Shown here: positions 26,838 through 34,358 of the stretch, one piece after another
How the letters are laid out: every line of letters begins with the position of its first letter
How positions within the stretch are numbered: position 1 is the first letter of the stretch
IMG/VR virus record: IMGVR_UViG_3300030376_003169
Location: 1-39,946 of that record
Strand: one strand, 5' to 3'
DNA from: a virus
Lineage: Duplodnaviria; Caudoviricetes
DNA length: 39,946 bases
Program-made: the position numbers and the translations under genes
The notes under the pieces: generated by a model
Told to the model about the DNA's origin: nothing
Seen by the model: the letters and a program-made list of their open reading frames with translations, nothing else
Database searches by the model: none

Positions 26838-26968
26838 TTACTTAACTAAGCTGTCAAGACGACAAAGTACCCGACAACGGCTAGGGGGGTCAAACACAAT
26901 AAAAATAAAAAAAAAGCAATTTTTACTGGGGTTTGCACTGACAAAATTAATTTTATAGAGGATAAAGC

Positions 26969-26985
26969 GAGGGTTTTTAACCCTC
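26969..26985. other. Inverted repeat in the late/early divergent intergenic region
   Basis: GAGGGTT-TTT-AACCCTC. Confidence 0.6.
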
Positions 26986-27164
26986 ACACCCTTAATTTAA
27001 TAGCCAACTTTCCACCCATCGACACTATTTTAATTTTTGAAATGAAAATAATGTGCCTTGATTGGGTGAATAATACCTTCATTAATACTTCAAAACTAGC
27101 ACAATCATAAAACTTTTTTACCGACGACAAACACAATTTATTTTACATTATTTTAAAATATTAC

Positions 27165-27194
27165 TTGCACATTTGTCACACTTGTGACTATACT
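27165..27194 (+). promoter_or_regulatory. Sigma70-like early promoter with palindromic operator in the spacer
   Basis: TTGCAC-18 bp-TATACT, AT-rich upstream, GTCACA-CT-TGTGAC palindrome at 27175-27188. Confidence 0.75.
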
Positions 27195-27241
27195 CTAGAG
27201 CCAACAACGGCACACAAAACAAAAATAGAAAGAAGTTTATT

Positions 27242-27619
27242 ATGAGCAAACGATTTTTAAATTTAGAAGAAATAACTTTTAAAGATGATGAGCTAAAATC
27301 ATACATCAAAGGATCATTGGAAGAATGGAAAGAAAACGGAACTTTAACCGAGGAATTTATAGAAGATTTACACTTTCATTTATTTAATGAAGATTATTAT
27401 ATAATAGGAACTTACAAAGCAAAAGAATGGCTCAAAGGTTATACTTTTGACGTCATCGAGTATATAAAAGAATATGAGCAATTCAACTTCGGAGAGTGTA
27501 ACACCAACCTAAGCTGTCCAGAAGCCGTTGTAAATATGTTCGCATATATCAGAGGTGAAGAGCTTCTTTCTACTTCTGTAAGGTACGAATTTGACCACCT
27601 TTTAGAGCCTACAGCTTAA
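27242..27619 (+). CDS. Acidic early protein, candidate Ocr-like DNA mimic
   Basis: First early gene; E/D-rich; DLH..LFNEDYYIIGTY.AKEWL...YE..NFGE motif. Confidence 0.55.
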   Translation: MSKRFLNLEEITFKDDELKSYIKGSLEEWKENGTLTEEFIEDLHFHLFNEDYYIIGTYKAKEWLKGYTFDVIEYIKEYEQFNFGECNTNLSCPEAVVNMFAYIRGEELLSTSVRYEFDHLLEPTA

Positions 27620-27621
27620 AA

Positions 27622-27804
27622 ATGGATAAACAATACGCAGTCTGTCAAGCGATGCCTTTCTTGATTATCAAGGAAGGCTTGACTTGGTTTGAAGCCTTCG
27701 AGCTTAAAAAGAAAATGAACGAAGAAAAAGAAGGTTTGCCAATATACCAAGTAACCAAGATACCAATTAAAGAACAACAACCACTATTCAAGGGAATTTA
27801 TTAA
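27622..27804 (+). CDS. Hypothetical early protein
   Basis: Tiles tightly in the early operon. Confidence 0.65.
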   Translation: MDKQYAVCQAMPFLIIKEGLTWFEAFELKKKMNEEKEGLPIYQVTKIPIKEQQPLFKGIY

Positions 27805-28023
27805 ATGTCTGCTCAAATTGTAATGGATGAACGAAAAAGAATCTACGACTCATCCTATGGTTCTTTTGGCGTGTTTGTAAGGGTTTTAGGTGGATATAAA
27901 TACTATAACGCTTGGTTAAAAAATCTAATGATTAAAGCCCAATTAAGGAAGGCAGAAGACGTAGGAAGAAACGACCCTTGCCCCTGTGGAAGTGGCAAGA
28001 AGTTTAAAAAATGCTGTATGTAG
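27805..28023 (+). CDS. SEC-C motif protein
   Basis: C-terminal [19 protein letters not shown]. Confidence 0.9.
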   Translation: MSAQIVMDERKRIYDSSYGSFGVFVRVLGGYKYYNAWLKNLMIKAQLRKAEDVGRNDPCPCGSGKKFKKCCM

Positions 28024-28029
28024 ACAATC

Positions 28030-28071
28030 AGCCTAAAAGGTTTCTGGGAGGTTCGATTCCTCCCGTAGGCT
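28030..28071 (+). ncRNA. tRNA-like minihelix (acceptor-like stem plus T-arm, no D or anticodon arm)
   Basis: AGCCTA...GGGAGG-TTCGATT-CCTCCC-G-TAGGCT in an intergenic gap. Confidence 0.7.
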
Positions 28072-28113
28072 CTACGACAATTAAGTCGTAACACAAAAAG
28101 AACAGGAAATAAT

Positions 28114-28326
28114 ATGAAAAAGACTAAAGAAGTCGATTTGACGATGAATTGGAACACAGGTATGAAATATTTATTAGTAGCTATTGAAAGCCACGCTAAA
28201 AAATCATATTTCGAAACTAATTCCAACGGAGAGTCTGCGAAAGATGTAGTTCGTGGTATGCTAACACAATGTGCAAAAATAGCTGATATAGGCGTTACTA
28301 CTTTAAAAGAAAAGGGTTCACAATGA
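28114..28326 (+). CDS. Hypothetical early protein
   Basis: AGGA SD; ATGA overlap with next gene. Confidence 0.7.
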   Translation: MKKTKEVDLTMNWNTGMKYLLVAIESHAKKSYFETNSNGESAKDVVRGMLTQCAKIADIGVTTLKEKGSQ

Positions 28327-28649
28327 GTTATGATTATGAAAATGCTTATGATGAAACAAGAAAAGAACTTTTAAGACTACGCAACATCATAAGAGAGCAA
28401 GAGCAAGAAATAAAAGATTTACGCTCTGATTTAAACGATATGATTAACGATGACCCAACGATTGAAGGAACTATAAATCTTCATGAATTAGGATTTTCAG
28501 ATTGTGGTGTGGATAGTTGGAATTTTATTAGTGATGAAAATTATGGATGCGAAGGAACTGAAGTTTGGGAAGACCCAAAGACCAAAAAAAGATATAATGT
28601 TGAATGGGATAAGATTAGACATATCAAAAATGCTGAGGAGGTGAAATAA
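28323..28649 (+). CDS. Acidic early protein with N-terminal coiled coil
   Basis: Coupled to neighbours; heptad N-terminus. Confidence 0.7.
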   Translation: MSYDYENAYDETRKELLRLRNIIREQEQEIKDLRSDLNDMINDDPTIEGTINLHELGFSDCGVDSWNFISDENYGCEGTEVWEDPKTKKRYNVEWDKIRHIKNAEEVK

Positions 28650-28843
28650 TGTGTGGACAATGCCCTAAATGTAAATCCTTAGACTTGGATTATGGAGGAA
28701 TGAATTTTGTTGATGGTGAGCAGATGTATTACAATTTCACCTGTAACCATTGTGGAGCAGAGGGAAAAGAATGGTATATAGCAAAGTTTGTTGAAACACA
28801 ATTAAATGAAATGATCAAAATTAATAAATGGGAGATGAGATAA
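28649..28843 (+). CDS. Zinc-ribbon protein
   Basis: CPKC...CNHC; GAGGAGGTG SD. Confidence 0.8.
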   Translation: MCGQCPKCKSLDLDYGGMNFVDGEQMYYNFTCNHCGAEGKEWYIAKFVETQLNEMIKINKWEMR

Positions 28844-29091
28844 TGGCTGATTTAGTAAAGAAAAGCACAACTAATTTTGTAGTACCTGTAAGAGGACACG
28901 ACAACGCAAGGTCTGAATTAGTTTTACCTAAAGAAATAATGGAAGAAGTAGGTTGGGAAGATGGCGATGAAGTTATTTTTATCCAAACTGAAACCTATAT
29001 AAATCCAAGTTCAAATTCATTAGTTGTTTTAGGTTGGGACATTCTCAGAAAATCTGATAGTGATTTATTAGAAGAAAGTGAGGTGGAGTGA
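28843..29091 (+). CDS. AbrB/MazE/SpoVT-like DNA-binding protein
   Basis: LVLPKEIMEEVGWEDGDEVIF motif; start moved to the TAATG-coupled ATG at 28843. Confidence 0.7.
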   Translation: MADLVKKSTTNFVVPVRGHDNARSELVLPKEIMEEVGWEDGDEVIFIQTETYINPSSNSLVVLGWDILRKSDSDLLEESEVE

Positions 29092-29773
29092 TGCGATATA
29101 TAGTAAAAGAAGATGATGGTTATAATTGGGCAAGGTGGATTGTAAATGCTAACTCAGAAATAGACTTGATTGATTGGTATGATGAGAATGGATTGGATGA
29201 GGATAACGCTGAATTAATTGACCATACCTCAAATATGCCAAATAGTGGAAAGCTACAAATAGAAGGAATTGAAGAAAAAAAGATCACATTAGAGCGTATT
29301 AAGAATATCAGTAAAGATATTATTCGAGATGATGCTTGGGTAAATGATAGTCATTCGAGGGCAGAACATTGTGGAGTCAAAGATGGGCTTGAACGCTTAA
29401 TACGACACTTAGAAGAAACAAAAGAAAGTGAGGTGTAGTGATGAGGATAGACTTATTAAAAGCTGTTGTTACAAGATTAAGAAATACAGCAGATGAACTT
29501 AGTTTTGACTACGATAAGCTAGTAAATGATTGGATTTTTAGTGTTGAGGTTGAATATCAAAAATACTATGGATTAAAAGAGGATGATTGGGGTTTTGTAG
29601 AAAATGATGAAGATGTTCTGGATGATATTTTACAATGCGATACTTGTAAAGTACATGGTTCTTTTTATGGCGATGACTTACCTCAGCTTTATTCAATGAT
29701 TGATTGGGAAGATGGTATGTATTGCGATGATTGTATTCCAGAATGGTGGGCAGAAAAACTAGAAAGTGAGGTG
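29072..29773 (+). repeat. Three copies of junction motif AGAAAGTGAGGTG
   Basis: At 29073-29085, 29423-29435 and 29761-29773; the first two extend to 22 bp with one mismatch. Confidence 0.9.
29088..29438 (+). CDS. Acidic hypothetical early protein
   Basis: GAGGTG SD; ends ESEV. Confidence 0.75.
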   Translation: MMRYIVKEDDGYNWARWIVNANSEIDLIDWYDENGLDEDNAELIDHTSNMPNSGKLQIEGIEEKKITLERIKNISKDIIRDDAWVNDSHSRAEHCGVKDGLERLIRHLEETKESEV

Positions 29774-29782
29774 TCGAAATGA
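29438..29782 (+). CDS. Very acidic early protein with CxxC...CxxC
   Basis: CDTC and CDDC; GAGGTG SD; ends ESEVSK. Confidence 0.75.
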   Translation: MMRIDLLKAVVTRLRNTADELSFDYDKLVNDWIFSVEVEYQKYYGLKEDDWGFVENDEDVLDDILQCDTCKVHGSFYGDDLPQLYSMIDWEDGMYCDDCIPEWWAEKLESEVSK

Positions 29783-30012
29783 CACTAGATGAATTAAAGA
29801 CAGGACTGATAAGAGGCATAACTGAAAAGATGACGATTAAAGAGCTATTGTTTCACGCTAGTTCGCATCTATGGTTTCAATTAGAAAAAGCAGATGAGAA
29901 TACAATACTAGCTAGATGCAATGATGAAGGACTCGATCATATGACACAAGAATATAATTTTAATAAGAGGAAGGAGGAAGGAAATGCCACCAAGAGTAGC
30001 ACCAAAAAGTAA
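29779..30012 (+). CDS. Hypothetical early protein
   Basis: GAGGTG SD, ATGA overlap. Confidence 0.7.
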   Translation: MTLDELKTGLIRGITEKMTIKELLFHASSHLWFQLEKADENTILARCNDEGLDHMTQEYNFNKRKEEGNATKSSTKK

Positions 30013-30181
30013 AACGATACGAGTTTGTATTAATAAGCCAACAGAAGATAATCTTAAAGTAAGAGCAGTTCAGATAGGAGTACCTAAAGAAGTCCTTGTA
30101 GGACACATATTGGAAAGTTGGTGTGCAAAAGCTCACACTCAGTCAGATGAATTTAGGCAAGTAAAAGATTCTCTGGCTTAA
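29984..30181 (+). CDS. Ribbon-helix-helix-like DNA-binding protein
   Basis: KTIRVCI strand followed by two helices (LKVRAVQIGV, KEVLVGHIL); AAGGAGG SD. Confidence 0.6.
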   Translation: MPPRVAPKSKTIRVCINKPTEDNLKVRAVQIGVPKEVLVGHILESWCAKAHTQSDEFRQVKDSLA

Positions 30182-30200
30182 TAAGTTACTACCTTAAAAC

Positions 30201-30237
30201 AAAAACCCTCTAAGGATATTCCCTAGAGGGTTTTTTT
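30201..30237. terminator. Bidirectional intrinsic terminator between convergent operons
   Basis: AAAAACCCTCTA-loop-TAGAGGGTTTTTTT. Confidence 0.85.
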
Positions 30238-30352
30238 ATATCTACTAAATCTGTGCCAACCTAAATCGCCAAACCTAGTGATTACCACAGACCATTACAT
30301 CACTTTTTTTGATTACGCAGATAAATTTTACGCATACGTTGTAAGGCTACCT

Positions 30353-30601
30353 TTAATTCTTCTGGCGAACAATAGATATAACCTTCCTTACGTAATGCGT
30401 CATCACGGACAACGCTCTCCACACACCCCATTGCATCCTTGATGCTAATTTTAGATTGAGCAATCGCAATACGTTCAATGCAGTCCCACCAAGATTTCTC
30501 ATTACTATAATCAATCTTAAAATCAAACGGGTCTCGTACTTTTCTGGAGTACGCTGAGTCTTTTTTAAAGACTGTTTTTTTCCGTCGTAATAAACTTTCA
30601 T
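30353..30601 (-). CDS. Small basic protein resembling a serine-recombinase 'Recombinase' DNA-binding domain
   Basis: ATGA-coupled to the upstream stop; I..MR..G.T......LN......G.W...SV pattern. A competing open frame exists (30300..30644). Confidence 0.45.
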   Translation of the reverse strand: MKVYYDGKKQSLKKTQRTPEKYETRLILRLIIVMRNLGGTALNVLRLLNLKLASRMQWGVWRALSVMTHYVRKVISIVRQKN

Positions 30602-31092
30602 TTTTTCCATTCATCTTTAAGTAGCGTATTAAATATTGCTCCATAATTAGTTATGTCAACTGCTGTATCTACCAGACTTTCATTATTAGGACTTTGGTCT
30701 TTATCTAATATGTTTAAAAGTCTTTGAATCTTATCGTTTAAGCGTATTGCTACACCCAGCAAGGCGAGTTTTTTATTACCACCTAGACTTACATTACCTA
30801 AACCATAATCCATTTGTTTTTGGGCGAATAAGCTAAATGAAGAATTCAGATGATCTTTGATACTATTCATTAAAGTAGGGTATTCGTTCATCATAAACTC
30901 AACTACCTGAGCCTCTTTATTTTTAATTTCTTCTGGTGAATTGTCTTTCGCATTTTTCTTCATGGTTTTTTTGCTCCTTTCCATATTTAGGAAAATTGGG
31001 ATATAGCTCTCCATAGACTTCATCATATACGTATCCACACTTGCCACACCATACGAGATGCTTGTCTCCCAAGTTTTTGTCATAATTAACAT
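30598..31092 (-). CDS. DUF1599 / nucleotide-modification-associated domain protein
   Basis: KQMDYG...IRLNDKIQRL...NESLVDTAVDITNYG; true start probably near 30963. Confidence 0.8.
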   Translation of the reverse strand: MLIMTKTWETSISYGVASVDTYMMKSMESYIPIFLNMERSKKTMKKNAKDNSPEEIKNKEAQVVEFMMNEYPTLMNSIKDHLNSSFSLFAQKQMDYGLGNVSLGGNKKLALLGVAIRLNDKIQRLLNILDKDQSPNNESLVDTAVDITNYGAIFNTLLKDEWKK

Positions 31093-31198
31093 TAGCAGAG
31101 CCTTCTGGCTTTACCTCTTGAACTACACTCTTGTCCATTTGGTCTATTACCCATTGGATGCTTTCTTTTTTCTTCCACTTTGCTCTTTTACCATCCAT
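30923..31198 (-). CDS. Hypothetical protein with CxxC
   Basis: WCGKC motif; start uncertain. Confidence 0.5.
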   Translation of the reverse strand: MDGKRAKWKKKESIQWVIDQMDKSVVQEVKPEGSANVNYDKNLGDKHLVWCGKCGYVYDEVYGELYPNFPKYGKEQKNHEEKCERQFTRRN

Positions 31199-31347
31199 AA
31201 TTGTATCTCTATACTTTTTAGTCTTTCCACAAGTCTATCAATAGGCAACCCTCTCATTGCCTTGTTCAGTATCATCTTCTTATACGTACTCATTATATAG
31301 GTAAGATTGCTTTCTAGTGTGTTAAGTCTCCTGTCCTTCCCTTTCAT
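31147..31347 (-). CDS. Hypothetical protein
   Basis: AGGAG upstream; tiles the operon. Confidence 0.55.
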   Translation of the reverse strand: MKGKDRRLNTLESNLTYIMSTYKKMILNKAMRGLPIDRLVERLKSIEIQLWMVKEQSGRKKKASNG

Positions 31348-31534
31348 CTTCTACTCCTATTAATAGCAAATCAGTTTGTATTAGATTTGCTAGTTTGTAA
31401 TGTTCTTCTTTTACTATACTAGGATACTTGTAGCCGTATTTTTCAAATATCTGCAAGGCAAGAAGCAAAACTTCTAATCCTTCCTTCGACACTTTATAAT
31501 CAGCCATCACTACTCCCTTCTTTTTGTTTCTCAA
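31322..31534 (-). CDS. Hypothetical protein
   Basis: Tiles the operon; GGGAG precedes an internal start at MADYK. Confidence 0.55.
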   Translation of the reverse strand: MRNKKKGVVMADYKVSKEGLEVLLLALQIFEKYGYKYPSIVKEEHYKLANLIQTDLLLIGVEDEREGQET

Positions 31535-31925
31535 TAAGTTTTTTTACTCTTTCACGCTCTTTAGCTTCAAAATCTTTGTTAATCTTTCTAGTCCTCTTGT
31601 TTGCATATTGATCCTTTACAAACAATATTTGCTCTAAAGAAAAATGTTGATTAAGCAACCAAATAGAACGAAACGGATGACTATCTACCCATAGATGACA
31701 GCCACTACATAAAGCCAAACAATTATACTCGTTCCAACGTGTAGGAACATGACCCCGTCCATATCCTATATGACAACAATGCAATTTTCTGGATTGTTTA
31801 CTATCATTCTTATCAAATGATTTATTGCATTTTGGGTGCTGACACTTCCAACCAGCTCTATCTCTGATGTATTTACTAAATAAATTATCTGTCCATGTTC
31901 TCTTTATTTTTGTTTTGAAATACAT
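31500..31925 (-). CDS. NinG/HNH-like nuclease
   Basis: FSKYIRDR...C....C...HCCH...TRW...N...LCSGCH. Confidence 0.8.
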   Translation of the reverse strand: MYFKTKIKRTWTDNLFSKYIRDRAGWKCQHPKCNKSFDKNDSKQSRKLHCCHIGYGRGHVPTRWNEYNCLALCSGCHLWVDSHPFRSIWLLNQHFSLEQILFVKDQYANKRTRKINKDFEAKERERVKKLIEKQKEGSSDG

Positions 31926-31928
31926 GTA

Positions 31929-32183
31929 TTATTTTCCCATGTTTTTAATTTCAGACATTGTTTTATCTATGCGTTGTTGTAGATTTTGAATAACAGATTG
32001 GTTTTCATTGCCCAGCTTCATCCTGAGAACCTTAGCCTGTAATCTTCTTAAGTGCTTCTCTAAGTTCTTTAGCTCCCAGTCCTGATGTATTTTGTCCACC
32101 TGTTCTTGCGTCAGCCCTTTTACTTTTACTGTTTCCGTTTCTGTTGCCATTACCCTTCTCGCTTTCCTTGTGTAGCTTTTCAT
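31929..32183 (-). CDS. Hypothetical coiled-coil protein
   Basis: Helical; likely start at 32150; overlaps upstream gene tail. Confidence 0.5.
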   Translation of the reverse strand: MKSYTRKARRVMATETETVKVKGLTQEQVDKIHQDWELKNLEKHLRRLQAKVLRMKLGNENQSVIQNLQQRIDKTMSEIKNMGK

Positions 32184-32652
32184 TAAATTCTATTTGAAGT
32201 TGTGATACAAGCTGAGGATAGTTTGTACCCTCCCTTACCTCTTTGAATTGTAACTCATTAAATTGTTCAAAGTATTTAGGGTAGCTTTTAGGTAGGTCTT
32301 GACCAGCACTACACTTACACGCATACATCTCTGTATTGTAATAGACGACACGCTTGTCTTGTTTAGGACTTAACATTCTAGGGACATAGCCAACGCCTCC
32401 ACAAAAATAGCAATCATCATAAGACTTTAATTGTGACTGCTCTTTATTTATAAGACCCATACTATTAATGATTCCCCATAATTGTTTGATCGTTGGGAAT
32501 CTGTCTTCATCGTCTCTAACGTGTTTAAATAGCTTATAAGATTTATCGCTACCTAGCTTATCAAATATCTTTAAGTATTCATCAAATTGTGCATCCATTG
32601 GTCTCTTACCATGAACTGCAAACATTGTGGTTAATATGTCTTCGTTATTCAT
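32032..32652 (-). CDS. Putative helicase loader / replication partner with zinc finger
   Basis: RFPTIKQL motif then CYFCGGVG...ACKC; ATGA-coupled to the initiator gene. Confidence 0.6.
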   Translation of the reverse strand: MNNEDILTTMFAVHGKRPMDAQFDEYLKIFDKLGSDKSYKLFKHVRDDEDRFPTIKQLWGIINSMGLINKEQSQLKSYDDCYFCGGVGYVPRMLSPKQDKRVVYYNTEMYACKCSAGQDLPKSYPKYFEQFNELQFKEVREGTNYPQLVSQLQIEFNEKLHKESEKGNGNRNGNSKSKRADARTGGQNTSGLGAKELREALKKITG

Positions 32653-33383
32653 TTTAATCTAAAGCCCTCGTTCCTTAGTTTTGGTTCTTCTGGTGGTATG
32701 GATTTCCATCGCTCCTCACTCAGCCACGCATAACTTGTCTTAATAAATTGAGGTTCTACACGCTGAACGAAAAGCTCCATAGCTTCTTGAATGGTACTCA
32801 CGCTTTCCTTTTGTGTCGCCTTAATCCAATTCTTCTTAGTCCTTGTTTTATTGATTCTCCTAATTGGGGGGATGGTATTCCAAAACTTTACAAAGTCTTC
32901 TATTTCCTTATCCTTAATTACCGTTTCAGAAGATTCGCTTATATGTTTATTATCTTCTTTATTATCTTTCTTTAGTATTCCTTTAGTGGTTTCGCTAATA
33001 GGGGTATTAACGGTTTCGCTAAGACCCTCTAAGCGATTTCGCAAAGCAGGGGTAGGGGTAATTAATCGTTTCGTGATTTGCTTAGTTACTTTATCACGGT
33101 CTATGTGTATGTTTAAATACTTCATCTTTTTAAGATTGTTAAGATGAACGCTTACACGAGTTGGATGAATACCTAATATTTCACCTATGTAATGATTGGT
33201 GGCAATACAAGGCTTATCGCTACTAAGATTTAATACCATACTGACAATAATCTTTTGATGGAGCGTTAAATCATCAATCATAAATACAGCCTTAGGTATC
33301 CATACACCTTTAAACACTTCAGGAATCATTTTCTTCCTTTGCATCTTCATCTGCCCATTTGGAATAAAATTCGGCAGTAGCAT
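32649..33383 (-). CDS. Replication initiator (winged HTH, lambda O-like organisation)
   Basis: FKGVWIP, ATNHYIGEILG...V...L..L HTH; FVKFW and WLSEERW C-domain; internal iterons. True start probably 33329-33350. Confidence 0.8.
   Translation of the reverse strand: MLLPNFIPNGQMKMQRKKMIPEVFKGVWIPKAVFMIDDLTLHQKIIVSMVLNLSSDKPCIATNHYIGEILGIHPTRVSVHLNNLKKMKYLNIHIDRDKVTKQITKRLITPTPALRNRLEGLSETVNTPISETTKGILKKDNKEDNKHISESSETVIKDKEIEDFVKFWNTIPPIRRINKTRTKKNWIKATQKESVSTIQEAMELFVQRVEPQFIKTSYAWLSEERWKSIPPEEPKLRNEGFRLK
32946..33077. repeat. Iteron-like repeats plus AT-rich tandem, candidate replication origin
   Basis: GGTTTCGCTAA at 32988 and 33012, GATTTCGCAAA at 33035, CGTTTCGTGAT at 33067; TTTATTATCTT twice from 32946. 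Confidence 0.65.
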
Positions 33384-33504
33384 TACACTTACTACATAGA
33401 AGCAATGCTATCACACCATCCCCTTCTTCATCTTCAATGCCATATTCCTCAAAGGTATGATCGTTTTGCCAAATCATATCTTCTCCACAAAACCAGCAAT
33501 TCAT
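33319..33504 (-). CDS. Small acidic zinc-finger protein
   Basis: CWFC...CSKC. Confidence 0.75.
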   Translation of the reverse strand: MNCWFCGEDMIWQNDHTFEEYGIEDEEGDGVIALLLCSKCNATAEFYSKWADEDAKEENDS

Positions 33505-33953
33505 ACGTACTCTTCAACCTTCCAAGTCTTGCCCTCTTTTTGAATAAGCTCTTTAGGTACAAGGTAGGCTCTTTTTTGAACTGTATCTCCATTGCCAACA
33601 AACCTGACCTGATTGATACCCGTAATTAAAATAATATTTTTTATTTGATCTGGAGTAATCCAGCAGTAATCCTTACCATCATTAAAGACCCAGAAATCAG
33701 CAGTAGTTGTTGAGATGCCACTAGGCTTACCATAGTGATAAGTTTCTACAACAAAGTTTCCAGTATAATTTGATTTTTTATCGGTCTTGAGCTCGACCTT
33801 AGAGTCAATATCAGGTAAGTAGAAATCAAACTCTTTAAATGCTCCCTCAATTTTTATTGTGTGAGGATAGCGATGTTTTAACAATTTGAGGAAGGTTTCT
33901 TCCTCTTTTAATCCTATTTTTAATTGACTTTCGAAGCTAGGCTTGGTTTCCAT
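33501..33953 (-). CDS. PD-(D/E)XK-fold nuclease-like protein
   Basis: FDF...VELKTD...TGNFVVE...SGISTTTADFW. Confidence 0.7.
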   Translation of the reverse strand: METKPSFESQLKIGLKEEETFLKLLKHRYPHTIKIEGAFKEFDFYLPDIDSKVELKTDKKSNYTGNFVVETYHYGKPSGISTTTADFWVFNDGKDYCWITPDQIKNIILITGINQVRFVGNGDTVQKRAYLVPKELIQKEGKTWKVEEYV

Positions 33954-34137
33954 CGGCTTTTTTGGCTTGTTTTTGTTGCCGTTTCCAGCGTTTTATGGCT
34001 ATGTGTTTTTTTCTACGCTCTTGCTTTCGAGCTTTCGCTTTGCGATTAACTAAGACATACGAGAGCCTGTGATAATAAAAATCAGTACAGCTCTCATTAT
34101 TTTTTACAGAACCCTCGTACAGTCTATAGTGATTCAC
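33937..34137 (-). CDS. Basic hypothetical protein
   Basis: TAGTG coupling; K/R-rich C-terminus. Confidence 0.55.
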   Translation of the reverse strand: MNHYRLYEGSVKNNESCTDFYYHRLSYVLVNRKAKARKQERRKKHIAIKRWKRQQKQAKKADGNQA

Positions 34138-34358
34138 TAGAAAGGCAATCCTTCGTCTTCTTGACCTTGCTTTGCTTGAGGTTCACTAACCTTCATGCTC
34201 ATGTAAGGCTTTCCTTCCTTAGACTTTGTTTTCCAACCAGCTACGTTCCACTTTTTACCATCTAGGGTAAAAGTACCTGTCATATCAGGGGCTTTATCGT
34301 TTCCTTTTTTATCGTTAGGGAACAATGAGCCTGTTTTTTCTTTTTGTTCATAAGCCAT
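34137..34358 (-). CDS. Small ssDNA-binding-like protein (DUF736-like)
   Basis: GSLF.N......PD.TG...AGW...SKEGKPYMS and acidic DEGLPF tail. Confidence 0.75.
   Translation of the reverse strand: MAYEQKEKTGSLFPNDKKGNDKAPDMTGTFTLDGKKWNVAGWKTKSKEGKPYMSMKVSEPQAKQGQEDEGLPF

Noticed and set aside
28030-28075. Functional tRNA gene
   Set aside because: Only about 42 nt, with no D arm, anticodon arm or CCA.
29072-29782. Integron-type attC cassettes served by the integrase
   Set aside because: Junction motifs are short direct repeats with no attC-like palindrome, and the integrase shows no obvious IntI-specific insertion.
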